NCBI GenBank assembly: GCA_036172245.1
Contig: JAYWIR010000008.1
Coordinates: forward strand, 1,798,001 to 1,862,000
Source: Raillietiella orientalis
Taxonomy: Eukaryota
DNA length: 64,000 nt
Direction: 5' to 3'
Shown: one piece after another, positions 1 through 12,620 of the stretch
How positions within the stretch are numbered: position 1 is the stretch's first letter
Layout of the letters: each line of letters starts with the position of its first letter
Notes under the pieces: generated by a model
Database searches by the model: none
Told to the model about the DNA's origin: nothing
What the model saw: the letters and a program-made list of their open reading frames with translations, nothing else
Translations under genes and position numbers: made by a program

Positions 1-520
1 AGCGGGAAACGAACAACACTCAGACGTCGCTTGTGAGCTTCAGGGAGCCCAAGATCGGAGCCGATGGACTCTGCTTGGAATCTGCTCCCAGTATACCCAT
101 CAGGTAAAGGAGCAAACGAGGTCAAGCGGATGACAACTGAAAAAGAGATCAGGAAGATGGGAGATTCGAGTTTTCTTCCTTCCGGCCCGGCGTTTTTGAA
201 ACTGCAGCTGCTCACGTGACCGGAAGAGACATCAGGGCAGAAAGAAAGTGAGCAAGGAGCATCCATCTTTCCTTATAGAACGGAAGATTGCAGCATGGGA
301 CCCCGAGTCAGTAGCCGCAGCAGGAAGGAATGGAGAGGGCGCTGGAGATCGAGCGTTTACGACGTTCTGCGCCTTCTGGGGTTTGAAGGAGGGAGTTGAG
401 GATCCATCTTGGGCGCAGTCCAGTAAACGAGCAGATGCCATCCTGAGCAGGGAGGAAGTTGGAAACGGGAAATCGGCTTACCGACCTCAGCAGTATCCTA
501 GAGACCGTCGGCATCCGCAC
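1..520 (+). pseudogene. Possible decayed PLS-class PPR segment (runs off window start)
   Basis: Weak motif remnants MDSAWNLLPVYP and IRKMGDSSFLPSGPAFLKL; stops present. Confidence 0.3.
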
Positions 521-621
521 GTCGCCAGGCGACCTCAGCAAAGAAGGAGACGCGTCGAAAGCCATCGGTGCTCTTGGTGGCCGGAAGGAAGATGGGAGGG
601 GTGAATAGAAATTCCGAAGAA

Positions 622-851
622 TGCACGCTCGCTGCACGAGGGCGTCCGATCGAACTGGAGAGTACCTGCGTGCATTCTGCCAGACACACGTGTGAGCACG
701 TGCGGGCGTTCCCGAGAGTGCACAGAACGCCTGCGAGTGCACTCGGTGCGCACGGCATAAATTGACTCACCCCTGTCACATGGATGCACACGTTCTGGGT
801 GCACTCAAATGTACACCGGTTCGTAGCACCGCAGGCGCGTGCGCGCGCGCA
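622..851. promoter_or_regulatory. Cluster of TGCRCNC/GTGCAC motifs and two G-boxes upstream of the zinc-finger gene
   Basis: At least 10 TGCRCNC matches counting both strands (622, 668, 716, 735-744, 746-753, 785, 797-806, 840-851); CACGTG at 687 and 697. Function not shown. Confidence 0.3.
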
Positions 852-971
852 GGCTGCCACACTCCTTCCACCACGGAAGAAGATGCCGTTCTTTTTTTCG
901 TTTTTTGTTTAGATTCTCTCTTTGCAGTTTCAGGGTACAACAAGTTATCCAGCGAGACCGAAAAGTTAGGG

Positions 972-1056
972 ATGACTTGGGATTACAACTTGTCCGAGGA
1001 CTCCACCAACGACACCCTAAGCATTTCCGACTCCGAACAAGAGCACCAGGAAGCAG
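972..1056 (+). CDS. Exon 1 of a small tandem C2H2 zinc-finger protein gene, join(972..1056,1116..1191,7352..7592), 133 aa
   Basis: ATG at 972, acidic leader MTWDYNLSEDSTNDTLSISDSEQEHQEA, donor G|gtatga at 1057. A 59-nt intron ends at tttcccag (1115), and the phase-1 join restores the frame into the zinc finger. Confidence 0.7.
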
Positions 1057-1115
1057 GTATGAGCGGCAGCGGACTCCCCACGGCTCGAGCCCCTGCCTCG
1101 CTTGGTCTTTCCCAG

Positions 1116-1191
1116 AATGCCCTGTTTGCGAGCGGATATTCGACGGATGCACCAAACTCAAGGAGCACCAGCTCAAGAAAGGACACTTTGC
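1116..1191 (+). CDS. Exon 2 of the C2H2 zinc-finger gene (finger 1)
   Basis: Encodes (E)CPVCERIFDGCTKLKEHQLKKGHF = C-x2-C-x3-F-x5-L-x2-H-x5-H. Flanked by a cag acceptor and a consensus GC|gtaagt donor (phase 2). Confidence 0.75.
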
Positions 1192-1299
1192 GTAAGTGGG
1201 GAGCAGCTCGCCGGCGCAGATTCCCGAGAGGCACTCTCGCGTTGTCACCTAGCGAGCACCAGCTTCATCCCTGCCGGCTGGGCGGGAAACCCTCTGCAT

Positions 1300-3250
1300 G
1301 ACCTGTCCCGCTCTCGCGTGCAGCGGGAATTCCCGCTGCGGACGAACGTAGCGATGCCGCACGCTGCGATGTGCCAGGGGAGGGCTGCCCGTCACGCCTC
1401 ACGAAGGCGCTCTGGCAGGTGTACTGCAAGCCCCATGCCCGCATGCTCGCGAGCGTCGCAGCGGGGCTGCTGTGGTGACCCCGCAGGTACAGGAGAGTTG
1501 CCTGAGAATGCAACGAGGGCAGTCTTTGAGTTGCTCTGAGGCAACATGACCATTCTTATGATGCAGATTCTCCCTCGCGATGCTGATATTAAACGAAGGC
1601 TCCATGTTCACGGACCGCAGTAGCGCAAAATTTCGCGTCACTTGCCTGCTTCTCCCCTCCCCCAAGTTACTTCGGGGTGTCCCCGCGACGGACTCGTCGC
1701 CTTCTTCGTTCCCAGACGATGCCCATTCCTCCGGGTTCACATCCGACCACTGCGCTGCGGCCGAACTCAACCCTCCGCGACAACCGCAGACGTTGGCTGT
1801 CCTGAAGCCACAGTCATAGGCAACTCCCTGCAGAAAGCAGGGTTGCCAACACTTTCGAGTCCCACCCTGCCACGCTTACTTGCACTTTCCCTGCAGCGCA
1901 CGGTTTCTAGGAGAGCGCGTGGGTGCTAGGAGGGAGTACCCGGATGAAAGGTCAAACTTGGCGCACAGGGTAGCGAGCTAACCCACACGCCGGACATGAT
2001 GGCCAGATGCCACCTCCGACCTGCCTCCAGAGAATGCTCGCTTCTCCGGCATGGTGGACGACCGGGAGCGAAGAGGTCGAAATGGGTCGTTCCTTTCACC
2101 GCCCTCCCTCCCCTCCCTTAGTCTCCACGTCCTCATCTGGGCGTAGTGGAACGATGGACGCAACCTCTCTGACGGAAGTTACGGGTGGCACACACCGATT
2201 GTTCCACTGATCCAAGAGCGTCTGCCTCCGCGAGGCCACTCCCGCCACCGAGATCGCTCTTCGCCCGCTAAGGTCCTTCGCTCCAGGTTCGCCACACGGC
2301 CCGCATGATCCCCTCGGCGCTTCCCTGCTGGCTGCTCCGGCGTGCAGCCTCCGTGCAGGATGAAAAGAAGACAGCTCATCCAAGCAACAGATGAGGGATG
2401 CTCGAGAAAGGCGGCAGCGCTCACCGCCTCCCATCCCGGATGCAGTGAGTTGAGAGGAAGCCTGGAATCGGGAAAAGCGCGGACGGGGATGCACAGGCAT
2501 TCCTTTCCGTGGAATCTGCGGGCTTCAGGAGGAAGGAGGGGGAGTAACCCCGTGTGCATTTTTATTTGCGCCCTTCCGCCGATGCCATCCGATGTTCCGA
2601 CCAGGTGCTCAAGGCGGTCGGATCGGAGCTGCTCATGGGCAAATTCTGCGCTGTGAAAGAGAGGGAGTCCCGGGAACATGGCATCGGGTGCGGAAGCCAG
2701 CGATGGGAAAGATCGCCGCTAAAGCCGGGGATGCACTTCGGCTTGGGTTGCGGGGGACATCGGAGGTCCGGAGAGCAGCACTTAGACGCGAGCAACGCCG
2801 AGAAGCAGGAACGGCTCCTGCTTTCCGAAGCGCGCGCGCGCCCTAAGCCGGGAACCTCGAACGTGCCGACCTCGCGTCTGGAGGGATGGGAAGGATGCTG
2901 CGGCCGAGGAGGACCACGTTGCAACTGGATAGCATCTTGCGGGATCGGATCTTGAAGAATGGGATGGCTCTGGGTGGTGCCCGAGAGCATACAGCATGGG
3001 TCACACAAAAGGCGAGCGAAAGGCGCTGTCGCCATCTTTTTGCAGAAGGGAGGGTGGTTCTCATTCCCAACATTCTCGCGGTGAGCGCCATTCCGGAAAA
3101 AGTGACGAGCTCTTCTCTAAGAGTGGCGTCGGGGGGAAGGGTGGGAAGGAGGCGCGCTGTGTCTCCGGGAGAAGACCGCTCAGCAGCGGCGATCCAGGGC
3201 TTTCTTCCCGAACTCGCAGTCACGGCATCAAGGAGACTTATTGATCCTCC
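1300..3250 (-). mobile_element. Decayed L1/Tx1-type LINE ORF2 3' part inside intron 2
   Basis: Remnants in the expected order: MLG (YLG-like), MLSSCNVVLL (LS..GR..L-like), GIGG (GGLG-like), ENLHHKNGH...DCPRC (zf-RVT-like). Confidence 0.45.
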
Positions 3251-4149
3251 TTCGGAAGTTTCCAGGAGTCCGGGTGGAAGAAGCGTGGCAGATGAGGGAA
3301 ACTTATCAAAGGAAAAGAAGCAATTTTGCTGCAGAACGAGAACGGGGGAGGAGGAGGGAAACTGAGGAGGAGGAAGGGGGGCGGAAAAGCCATTCGCTCG
3401 ATAAGACGGGATCGCCCGAAAACAGGACTACCTGGGAGGGGAAGAACAAAGAGCAAAAGAGCCTTCATTTCCTTTTTTTTTTTTTTCCTTTCCACCTTCT
3501 CCCTCGTCTTCCACCCTTCCCTTCGCGTTCCCGGCTATCCGAAATTTCTTACGAGATAGTCGGAGGCTGCTTCCGGGGCAGCAAGCGGCAGCGAACCCCT
3601 CCGGGCAAAGATCGACCCGGAAATAAACTGCACGGTCGCAGCATCATTGCCTTTCTCCCGTAGCGCGGCATCTGTGAGGGATGTCCCTCGATCCTCGGAA
3701 GAAAGCAGCATCTCGAAAAGATGCTCCCTCGGCTCGCCCCCTTCTACGCCATCCTGCTCGGAAACCGAATCCCACGAGTCTGCACCCACCCCCGTTTAGC
3801 CCTTTCGTGTCCGATGCGAAGCGTCGAGGTCACGGCAGGTTGCGTCTTCCTCCCTGCTCTCTTGAAGCCTCCCTCTGTTCGCTGGAAAGGATGAACGCAG
3901 CTCGCTCGTTCTCCCCAGCTGCATGCGCTGGCGGGGTGGGTGCGTTCTGAAAAACTCCCGCTCTGAGTACTGTTCCTCCTCCTCATCCCTGCTTCTCGTT
4001 TCCTTCTTGCTAGGCTCCTGCTCGGCCTTGCACGGGGGTGAGCGAGCTCTCCCTGGCGTCAAGGCGAGGGCTCCGCGAGATGAAGTCGAACCCAAATTCA
4101 AGGCACTTCCCTGCGGCTTGCTGTGGAGTTGATTACCCCTCACGCTACT

Positions 4150-5250
4150 TCTTCTCCTCTCCTCACGACCCCCTTTTTGTTCCTTCAGATCGGTCCCTCG
4201 GAGATCAGAGGCTTTGGCAGCACCTTCTCACGCAACCATCCTCCTACATTGCAGGCTGCAGTGGCCCTCCGCCCGTCAAGGCGATCGAAATTGGGTCCAG
4301 AGTTTGTGGGGTCTCTCCAAAGGCGATGAGTGGAGCCGAATCTCCTTACTCCGTTTGAAAACGCGCAAAAGCCTTCATCCAGTCAATAACTTTGCCACAG
4401 GGCATTTGCCACCTCTGAAGAACAACAGTAGAGGAACATCCTAGCGGCAGCTTCATGGCGTTTTGGGACCCAGACAGAACAGATGGAAAAGTATTGAAGT
4501 TAGCTCATCATGGAGCGGGGATATTTCTGACAGAAACGACAGAGCGATGGAGAAATCGGATAGGGATAAAAGATAACTGGTCTTTGTGGACGATGAACGT
4601 GAATCCAGCATCCTAGCCAGTTCATTCTTTTTTCGCCCGCTCACATTCGTGCAGTTTAAGTGGAGGCAAAGGAGCGATTCCTCTCCTTCTTGGAAGTCCA
4701 ATCCTAGGGGTGGGACTTGCAGTCAGAGACGGAGCTTTCAGAGATGTTCCCGAACCGAACCCTCCCTTATATCATACAGCACGAGTACTCTGTGCTACGT
4801 ACTTAAAAAGAGATCTCGAAGGTCCCGGGAGAAAATTGTACCAGGACTGACGCTCTTTTCCTCTTTGCATTGCTCCTCTTGTACTTCCCGGTTGACACAG
4901 ATGCTTCTGCGGCAAGCTGGCATGCTGAACAGATGGAAGATCAACTTAAAAGATCCGAGATCTCTACAGGAAACGCCAAAGAGGGATTTTCCACAGCCTC
5001 CGCCTTTGCGTCACCATACCCAGATTCATTACTACTAGGTAGAGGTACATTCGCGACGGATGTTCAATTTGGGAGTATCCCCTTATTGAAATCAGGGCTT
5101 TAAGGTCAAGATTCGGTTCTCAGATTTGACTCGTCCTTCCTTTGTTCACCGGAGAAGTTAACACTCTTGAGCCTTGGTGTTCCGTGGGTGAAGATTGATC
5201 CAGGTTGTCTGCTGTCCAGGTTCCCCGCTGTAGGCTGCACGAACCCTTCC
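4150..5250 (+). pseudogene. Decayed PLS-class PPR segment inside intron 2
   Basis: VPGLTLFSSLHCSS, LKDPRSLQETPKRDF (cf. LxDARxxFxxMPxRD), HSRRMFNLGVSP; many stops and frameshifts. Confidence 0.5.
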
Positions 5251-5299
5251 GCTTGAGTGGTACCTCAGTCGCAGAGCGCGAGATCAGACGATCATTCCA

Positions 5300-7000
5300 A
5301 ACCAGTTGTTTCTTACAGGATCCGGAATCAGCGCTTTTCTCTTCCGAATGCCAGAAATGACCCGAAACAGTATGCAAACAGCATTCACAGTGGCTTGAAA
5401 TCCTGGGAATTCATACTGTTCATCATTCGAAAATCACAGCAGATCGCATCGTTGCGAAGGTTCCTCTCGCGCAGGCTGAGAGGATTGGGAGAAGGACAGA
5501 AAAAATTTCAGGCTTTAAAATTTCATCTTCGAAGTCGTCGGAGCCGTAACGGGGCTCTGCAGTTCGCCCTGGGGCAAGACCACTGTGGACTCGTGAAAAG
5601 GTCTCTTCCTGTGGCACAAAGCAGACGATTTCGAGCAGTGTTCTTTGCCTGAAGGTACGATGCCTTCCTCCATGAGAAAATTGGTGGGTCTTATCATTAA
5701 CGTCGGTACAAAATGGGCGGAACCTCTTGACGAGGCTCACACTGGGTTGTTTTATCGGATCTTTCCACCACCTGGGCAGGTTGCCCGCGTGGTTGCTGAA
5801 TTAACGTTGGTTTCCTGTTGTTCTGAATGGAAACTGCACCGTAACCATGAGGTGATTCCGACATCGGACAAGGGCGTTGCTTGGAAAATGCATGCGAGTC
5901 CATCTTTCCTCCGGACGGCGTCGAAACTGGATTTGTTTCGCATTGTTCCTGTCCCGAAAGCATCGCGTCATTCGAACTGGAGCGAAGCAGCAGACTTCCT
6001 GTAGGGATGCAGGCATCCTTTATTCAGCACGGAGTATTTGTTTGAGAAGGCCGAGTGAATGCGTCATCTCACAGCTCTCCCCATCGGCTTCCGTGCTTTC
6101 CTGACGGGCGATGTGCCACCAGACGACTCGCTTGCAAGTCCTTGCAGCCTCATGTATTGCCCTCTCTCCTCAAAACAGGAGAGCAGTCCACTGTAGCTCC
6201 CTCTTATGGGGTGCTGCTTCCAAGCTTAAGCCAGCAGCTCGTTCTGTTGGGAAGAACAAGGGAATGGCACTCCCAGTCCTTTTCAGCACTTTATTCTGCC
6301 TCCCGGCTGGATGATTTCCCAGCCGAGGATGTTCCCTTTTTGTCGAAAGAGAGCTTTCACCTATCTTTGCGGCACACTCATCAGTGAGTGTTGAACACTG
6401 GAAAATGTCTCAGAATTTACAAACCAGAAATTGCATCTTTTAGGAAGCACCGTACCGAAGTGCCTTGGGTCGGTCTCCGCACGGTAAAAGTTTCGGCAGG
6501 GCTCTTCGACAGTCAAGTGCAAAATACCGTTTACGTCAGCTCCCTCTGCGTAGTCTTCCAGAGGTCCTTGAACACCCTTTTCGTGGTCACCCCTACCCTC
6601 CTAGCACTCATCGCTCACACCTAAAAGCATCAGAGTGGGTGGTACAAGTAGAAATGGGAAACCCTCGTCACACTGACCCTGCTCCACCCTGGCGAGGTGA
6701 ATCCCGAGTCATCACCTGTGCCTCAGTGCGCATTGTCCGCTCTGGGGATGTCCTCGTGCAGCAATTCACCCTCCCCTATCCCCAAGATTTTCTTTTGGGA
6801 CCCTTGAGGATATTCAAAGGATGCTGCTGGATTCGCTGAGCGAGCGTGCCGTCTGAGTAATCGAGGGATGACGCTAGATCCTGGACGGGTCTTCTAGCCG
6901 ATGGGAACCGATCTTTGAACTGACAGAGTGGGTCGGGTCGCCCCTGGCCTCAATCGGAATCATCCGGAGTGATAAAGAACCCGGAATCCGCAACCCTCCT
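5300..7000 (+). mobile_element. Decayed LINE reverse-transcriptase region inside intron 2
   Basis: Ordered remnants: RIVAK/FLSRRL (domain 1-2), VPPDD (YADD-like), ASKLK (SGLKxN-like), FTYLCG (YLG), RSALGR. Confidence 0.5.
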
Positions 7001-7351
7001 GATAAGTCATCATGGAGGGCCAACCGATAGCAGAGGCTGCCAAAGAGGTTTCCAACTAGCATCAATCCCATCTCAGCTTCCGCCCTCGATTTGGATACTG
7101 CCCGTGCGCAGAGCTGTCCAAGAGGTTCTGCAAGGGCTATGGTATTGTGATTATCGATCGGAATTTTCGCAGGGTCGTAACCAGGGAAACCGAGGGTTTA
7201 CCTTGCTGGGTTTTCCGCAGTGTAGACGTTTGTCTTCTCAGCATCCCGGCTATACGGAAACGCATGAGATCACTCCCTCTGTCGAGTTGTTACCCTGTCA
7301 ACAACCCAAGCATGAAATGGTTGCCCGAACTCTCACGTATGCTCTTTTTAG

Positions 7352-7592
7352 GTGCGGAGTCTGCTTCAAGCACTTTATTTGTATCCACGATCTTAGAATC
7401 CATCAGAAGAAATCCACCACTTGCAACAACGACTCCGAAGAGATCGAAGAGATATTTTTCAGTGAAAGCGACGACCTTGACGATTGCGTCCCCGTCAGCC
7501 ATGCTAGCAGCCTCGAGTTGAGACGCTGCCTCGAGAATAAAAACCAACATCCTCCCTTGTTCCTCGGAAAACCGCATGACAGAGGCACCTGA
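7352..7592 (+). CDS. Probable terminal exon 3 of the zinc-finger gene (finger 2, C2HC type, plus acidic tail)
   Basis: Branch-like ctcac and a tctttttag acceptor. Phase 2 matches exon 2, giving ...KKGHF-A-CGVCFKHFICIHDLRIHQKKSTTC (C-x2-C-x3-F-x5-L-x2-H-x6-C). Open to TGA at 7590-7592. Confidence 0.65.
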
Positions 7593-7949
7593 CTCGCAGC
7601 CTGTCCTTTCTCACTCGAGCGGACGCACTCGCTGGAATCAGAGGGACGCATGGCATATCACACCAGTTCTTCCACTTCCAAGGCGATAAGACAATCCCTG
7701 TTAAATCCCAGGAAGAAAATGGGAATTTTCACCTACCCGAAAATGGACGGCATCACCTTCGGAACTTCATCTTCTTCCCCACTTCCCCCCCCCCCACACA
7801 CACCCATACCCACACAGGAAATTATCCTAATTAGTAAAAAAAGAAAAAAAAGGCTATTTTTAAATTTGTAAGCAGAAAAGAGTAAATAAAAGATTTTGAG
7901 GATACAAAGGTACCATTCCCTTCGAGTAATCGCTTCCATGAGATGCGTT

Positions 7950-9300
7950 TGTGCAAAGTATCCGAGACTGATAAAAGGGAACACAAAACATCCGATATAA
8001 TTTTGGTGCGAATCGGAAAATCTCCTCGTTAAGAAAGAAATCAGTTCTTGAGTTCTGATCCACTTCCCTAACCCTTTTTCCTTGTTTCCTACGAACTCGC
8101 ATCTTCACGAGCTGCTCATCGCGACATCAATCGCTTCAGTTCGTTACATCAGTTTTGCAAGCGCTTTTGAGGACACGGAATCCACCAGTTCGCTCGTCCT
8201 TTATTCGCTGAATTGGTCTCAAAGACACTCGGTTTCCACGACGTCTCGGCAGCTTGCGATTTTTTGAGGAGCTACTAAATGGACCGTGAAAAATGAAATA
8301 CGACGGCACTCTCCATCTTTCTCATGCCGACAGTTCATCTTTCTGAGCGTGATGGAGCCATTTCTTTCTTAGTTGCATTTCCCGCTTCTTCCATCTGGAG
8401 GGTTGTTGGCAAACTGATCTTTCAGGACGGCGTTCTATAAGGTGCGGTACTGTATGATAAGAGGGTCTTCTTGTCTCAGGGAAAAAAAGACGATTTTCTC
8501 GGTCATTTCTTTCAAGGTCACCTCAGCCTTGCAGCTGTTTCGATGCACTTCCCACGATGCTCGCGTGCCTTTCCCGAAAAGAGCAGACAGGAGATGTGCC
8601 GGTCTTCCTCTGTCCCTCCAGGAATACAGCAGTTTACAGAATTGGATTCTTGAAGACTTCAGGGCGGGAAACAAAGGGTTTTAGCGTTCTGTGCTGCCGA
8701 ACGGACCTCTCCTTCAAGATTGCACGAAATCCTCAGCTTCGTTGTTTGCTCACTTGAGTTTCTGCAGCTGAGTGGCTTCGGGGACCCACCCTGAGAAGCC
8801 CACCATTTCCACTCCAGAAAACTCACGAGGTAGGAGCAGGTCACAGCTTCCGGTGAACATGAGCTGGACAACACTTTAGTTCCTTTTTTTTCCCCTGATG
8901 GATGCTTGCATTTTCGGCTAGGCGCAGATGTTTGTTGAATCCAGGAGATCCCGCATGTAAGGCTCCGAAGAGCCTTCGGAGAGTATTCAGCAGAGCATTA
9001 ATTTTCAGCAGCTGCTTGATTGCCTTTTAGTGAGCACCCAAATCTGAAGGCATCCGGGTGTTACCGCGAAATTAGAGCGTTGTGGGTCCGAATCACATCC
9101 TGGGAAGGATCGATGCCGAAAAATGGGTGCGTCATGGGTTTCCAGTCCCCTGCACAGAATGACTCTGGTTCGCCTACTGACTTGCGACGCTGGTTGACGA
9201 CCGGTCACGACGGGGCGTTTATTTATAAAAAATAAACACGTCTGTGGCAGGACGTTTAATCCTGCCACGTTCCTTATAACTACGCGAAGGAACCTGCAGG
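7950..9300 (-). pseudogene. Decayed PLS-class PPR segment
   Basis: QDVIRTHNALISR (cf. RDVVSWNALIS), CNLEG, KAEVTLKEMTEKIVF, ITLRKMN...RISF. Confidence 0.5.
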
Positions 9301-9739
9301 GATCTGGCACGCAGCCCAGCGAAGCGGAGGGGGAGGTCGTCTCGGCAGCACAGGGAAAGGGAAGACAAACAAAAAGAAAAAATAAAACAAAAAAAAATAC
9401 AGTCAAAAAAACTGGAGGGGTTCGGGAAGGGATCACTGTGTGCTGGAGGGTGTCCTCTGCATCCTTGTAAGGATACCGACAAGTTCCCGTTTCAAGACTT
9501 CCAGATAGGGCCATCTTGACTCTGTCCTCATGAAGAGGACAGCAGAATAGGTGGCGTCCTTTTCGTCCTGGCGCTGCTCCATGCAGCCACGGTCCCGCCA
9601 CCTGGGCAGCAAAGTGCTGGGGATGCAGCTGGCGTGAGGGCATCGCTCAGGAAGAAGCGCTTTCGAACGTATCTGGCATTGCCACCGGAGGTTCTAAGGG
9701 TCGCGGCAAAACGTCCCCAAAGGAGCCGGGGTGAGACGC

Positions 9740-10307
9740 TGATAGAAGCTGGAAATCGTATGCCTCCGTTGACTGTGTGAGATTAGAAGCTGACTTTCCG
9801 GCGTCCTTCCAGAAATCAAGGGGTCAATTTTCTTCGGGGTTTCCTTTCGGTCGTGAAAATGGATTCTCCTTCTCCTCCCCTTCCCCTCGGAAGGGACTCT
9901 CCGTCCAGTAGCTTGAATCCAGTTGATACCCTCTCCAAAGTATTGAGAAGTGTGCTGCCCGCTCGCTCCGGGGAGCACCCTTCAGGGAAATCGGGAAGCC
10001 TCCCTTCAGGGTTCTCCTCAGAGGAGGAAACAAGCAGCAGTTCCCTTAAGAATGCCTTCCGGAAAAGAAATTCCGGGAGTGGTCCTTTCGAGGTTCCCTT
10101 TGGAGAAGGAATAATGGGATGGCCTCTCCGGACAGGATAATGAAGGGGTTCCCTTCGGAATTCCTTACCAAAGTAAGAGAACGGACTCCTTCCTGCGAAG
10201 CCATCCTGGATTTATAGGTGGTCCCAGGTGGGGATCATCTATAAATCCAGGACCCTACAAACTGTAGAGTTACATGTACCCTCGAGTAGCATGGACAGTG
10301 TTTAAAG
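9740..10307 (+). mobile_element. Copy A of a non-coding SINE-like dispersed repeat with internal ~45-nt tandem units
   Basis: Aligns by eye with the reverse complements of 58999-59510 and 38340-38850. Shared blocks include gaaaatgga (with the 59 kb copy), gttccctt units, gaacggactcc, and gtttaaa near the end. Confidence 0.7.
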
Positions 10308-10849
10308 CGCTTCATGGGTACCCACGGAGGCGAAAGGTTCTTCAGTACTTAGCAGAATTAAAACGAGCACGTCTGAGGTCCTGCTCGAAAGCCTCTTGAA
10401 GGTGAGGGTAACTCTAATCATAGGCTTTTAATCCCATCGAGAAAGCGAGGCGAGGGAAACGAGGGCTGATAACCTCCAACAGGCCAGGGCCAAAAGTGGT
10501 ATACCCACGAATTCGGCGCCGGATCTGATGCTCCAGAACGAGTCATCCTGCCCGCAGACATGGGAACCCGGAGGCGACACTGGAAGAAACTCTCAGAGCA
10601 AAGGAGACCAAGCACTAGGAAGCGTCACTCTCCCTGCCGCCACTGGAGGAGCGACCGCCTCCACTGGGAGCACCAGTTCGTGGACCTCTGGAAACCTGAG
10701 AATCGAAGAACGGCGAGGTGGCAGTAGCAGATGGCAGGGTTCCCCTCTCGAAGACGGAGAAGAGCGGGAGATGGTTCGGGACAGCAGGACAGGACATGCG
10801 CCGGGAGCGTGTTCCTGTCGCCTGAACGGCGTCCACAAATACCACGAAT

Positions 10850-11720
10850 GCAGCGTGGCTCTTCAGACAGGACAGTTGCTGTCACGAGGGCTCGTATGAT
10901 GGAACAACGCTGAGGACAAGGCTAATGCCGAGAACTGAGCTAATGCTGAAGACACTGAGGGCAAAGCTAATGCTGAAGAAATTTTCAAAACTCGACGGAA
11001 GAACTCTCCGAATTCTTTTATTGGATGCAGGGAACGCAGCTCGAAACATCTCATATTTTTGCTTTGTAGGAGCCTGCTTTATCTTCGAAAAGTGCACGCA
11101 GTCCTGGAATGGAAGTCAAACGATTGAAAGATGCTTGCAGTCTAAGAGGAAGAGCTATATAAAGCTTTCCTGGGCGTCAGCGCGAAACTCTGCTTCTGAT
11201 GATTTCCACTCGAGGGATGCAGATAACAATGCGAGAATCCCCCAGGACAGATAGCTTCCTCCTTTCTATCTGAAACTCCGAGCTGGTTCCATACAATCAT
11301 CCCGCACACGACTTCCTTCCGTGGAGCAGCATTTTCTTCTTTCGTCTTTTGAAAGCACGGAACTTACACCTTGGATCATGCACCGGGATGAGCTCGAATT
11401 TTCCAGAAGCTCCCCTGGACATCCTACTTTTGCTGCTGCTCAGAGCATCATGCGTTTTCAATCATCGTGGTGATTTCCTGCACTGGACACAAAGTATCCT
11501 GTGGCGTGAGCGGCGGACCACATGAGGCAGCCACAGAAATCTTTTCTTGATGAATTTTTCAGACCGAGATTTGAAAATATTGACTGCTGAGTAATCGGAA
11601 CCTTCTGAATGGCTGCATCTCAGCTTATGACTGGAGTGTCGTTCGATATTTGTAGGCAGAAAAGACGATTGGAAGAGTTGCTTCGTAACGACTACCGGGA
11701 AAATTCCTCCCCATCCAGGC
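10850..11720 (+). pseudogene. Decayed PLS-class PPR segment (includes a short 18-nt in-frame tandem repeat at ~10905-10980)
   Basis: ANAEEIFKT, NISYFCFVGACFIFEKC, EAATEIFS, DRDLKILTA. Confidence 0.5.
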
Positions 11721-11749
11721 ATGTCGGGCCATTTATTTGAAATAAATAA

Positions 11750-12620
11750 ATAAATTCAAGATGAGCGAACGCAGGAGAAGAATAAGGGAATTCCATCTTC
11801 AACATTTCCACAGCCATCGTTCTAAAAATAGACTATAGTTTGGCAAAATGAATAAGAAAACACCATGGTAAAAAAGGGTCATATGTGTAGCAGTCCGAAA
11901 CGAAAGGGTTGCAACTCTCTGGAGATATGACTGGGGACGGAAGGGATGGAAGGGAGAGCGGGCCAATAAACAAATAAATAAACAGTGGTAGGACGGATCA
12001 GCTTCACAGTGGCGAACGGGATACCCGGAGCCTGTTCCCGGGTGGAGTGAGGGAGCGGGATAGGGTCGCGACCTGATCTGCTCGCAATCGTCCTAAGGCG
12101 TCCTTTTGTTCCGCCTTTCCGTTCAAGGACAGATCTCATGGAGGTGTCAGCGATTTCGAATGGCTCCCTTGGATGGAGGCCACGCTTCTTCGTTCTGGAG
12201 ATCAGCGCCCACGGCCAAAATGACTCTGCCTCTCGAAGATTCGGGAGAATCTTGGGTTTTCCAGGCTGTGGATGCTGCCCTCAGCATGATGGTGCGTAAT
12301 CCTCGAGATGTGCTCGAGCCGGACTCCAGAGACTTCCAGGAGAATGAGAAAGAATCATTGGATGTGACTGGGCCGTACTTTGCTCTCGCAGCTCGTCATC
12401 ACTGGAAAGATCTGATTGCTCAAACCGAGATCTTCAGCTGGAGCATCCTTCACAAAATCTCTCCAAACATCTCCTTGTAATTTTATTCCGTCTCTTCCGA
12501 GAGGCCGATCTTCCTTCTCGGATGCCTGGCACGGGGGAAAGCGGGTCGGAGACAAAATGTGCCAAATACTTCCCTTTCAGGAACAGCCATGCAGCTCTTG
12601 TTCATGTGACTGACGTCGCA
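11750..12620 (-). mobile_element. LINE 3' end fragment with 3' UTR
   Basis: MLRAASTAW...EEAWPP resembles the family C-terminus (CCIRA...RWPHL). TTTA-rich 3' UTR resembles those at 35945-36180 and 61080-61265. Confidence 0.45.

Noticed and set aside
6350..6390. CTGATGA...GAAA on the minus strand as a hammerhead ribozyme
   Set aside because: No stem II between the core motifs and no closing stems.
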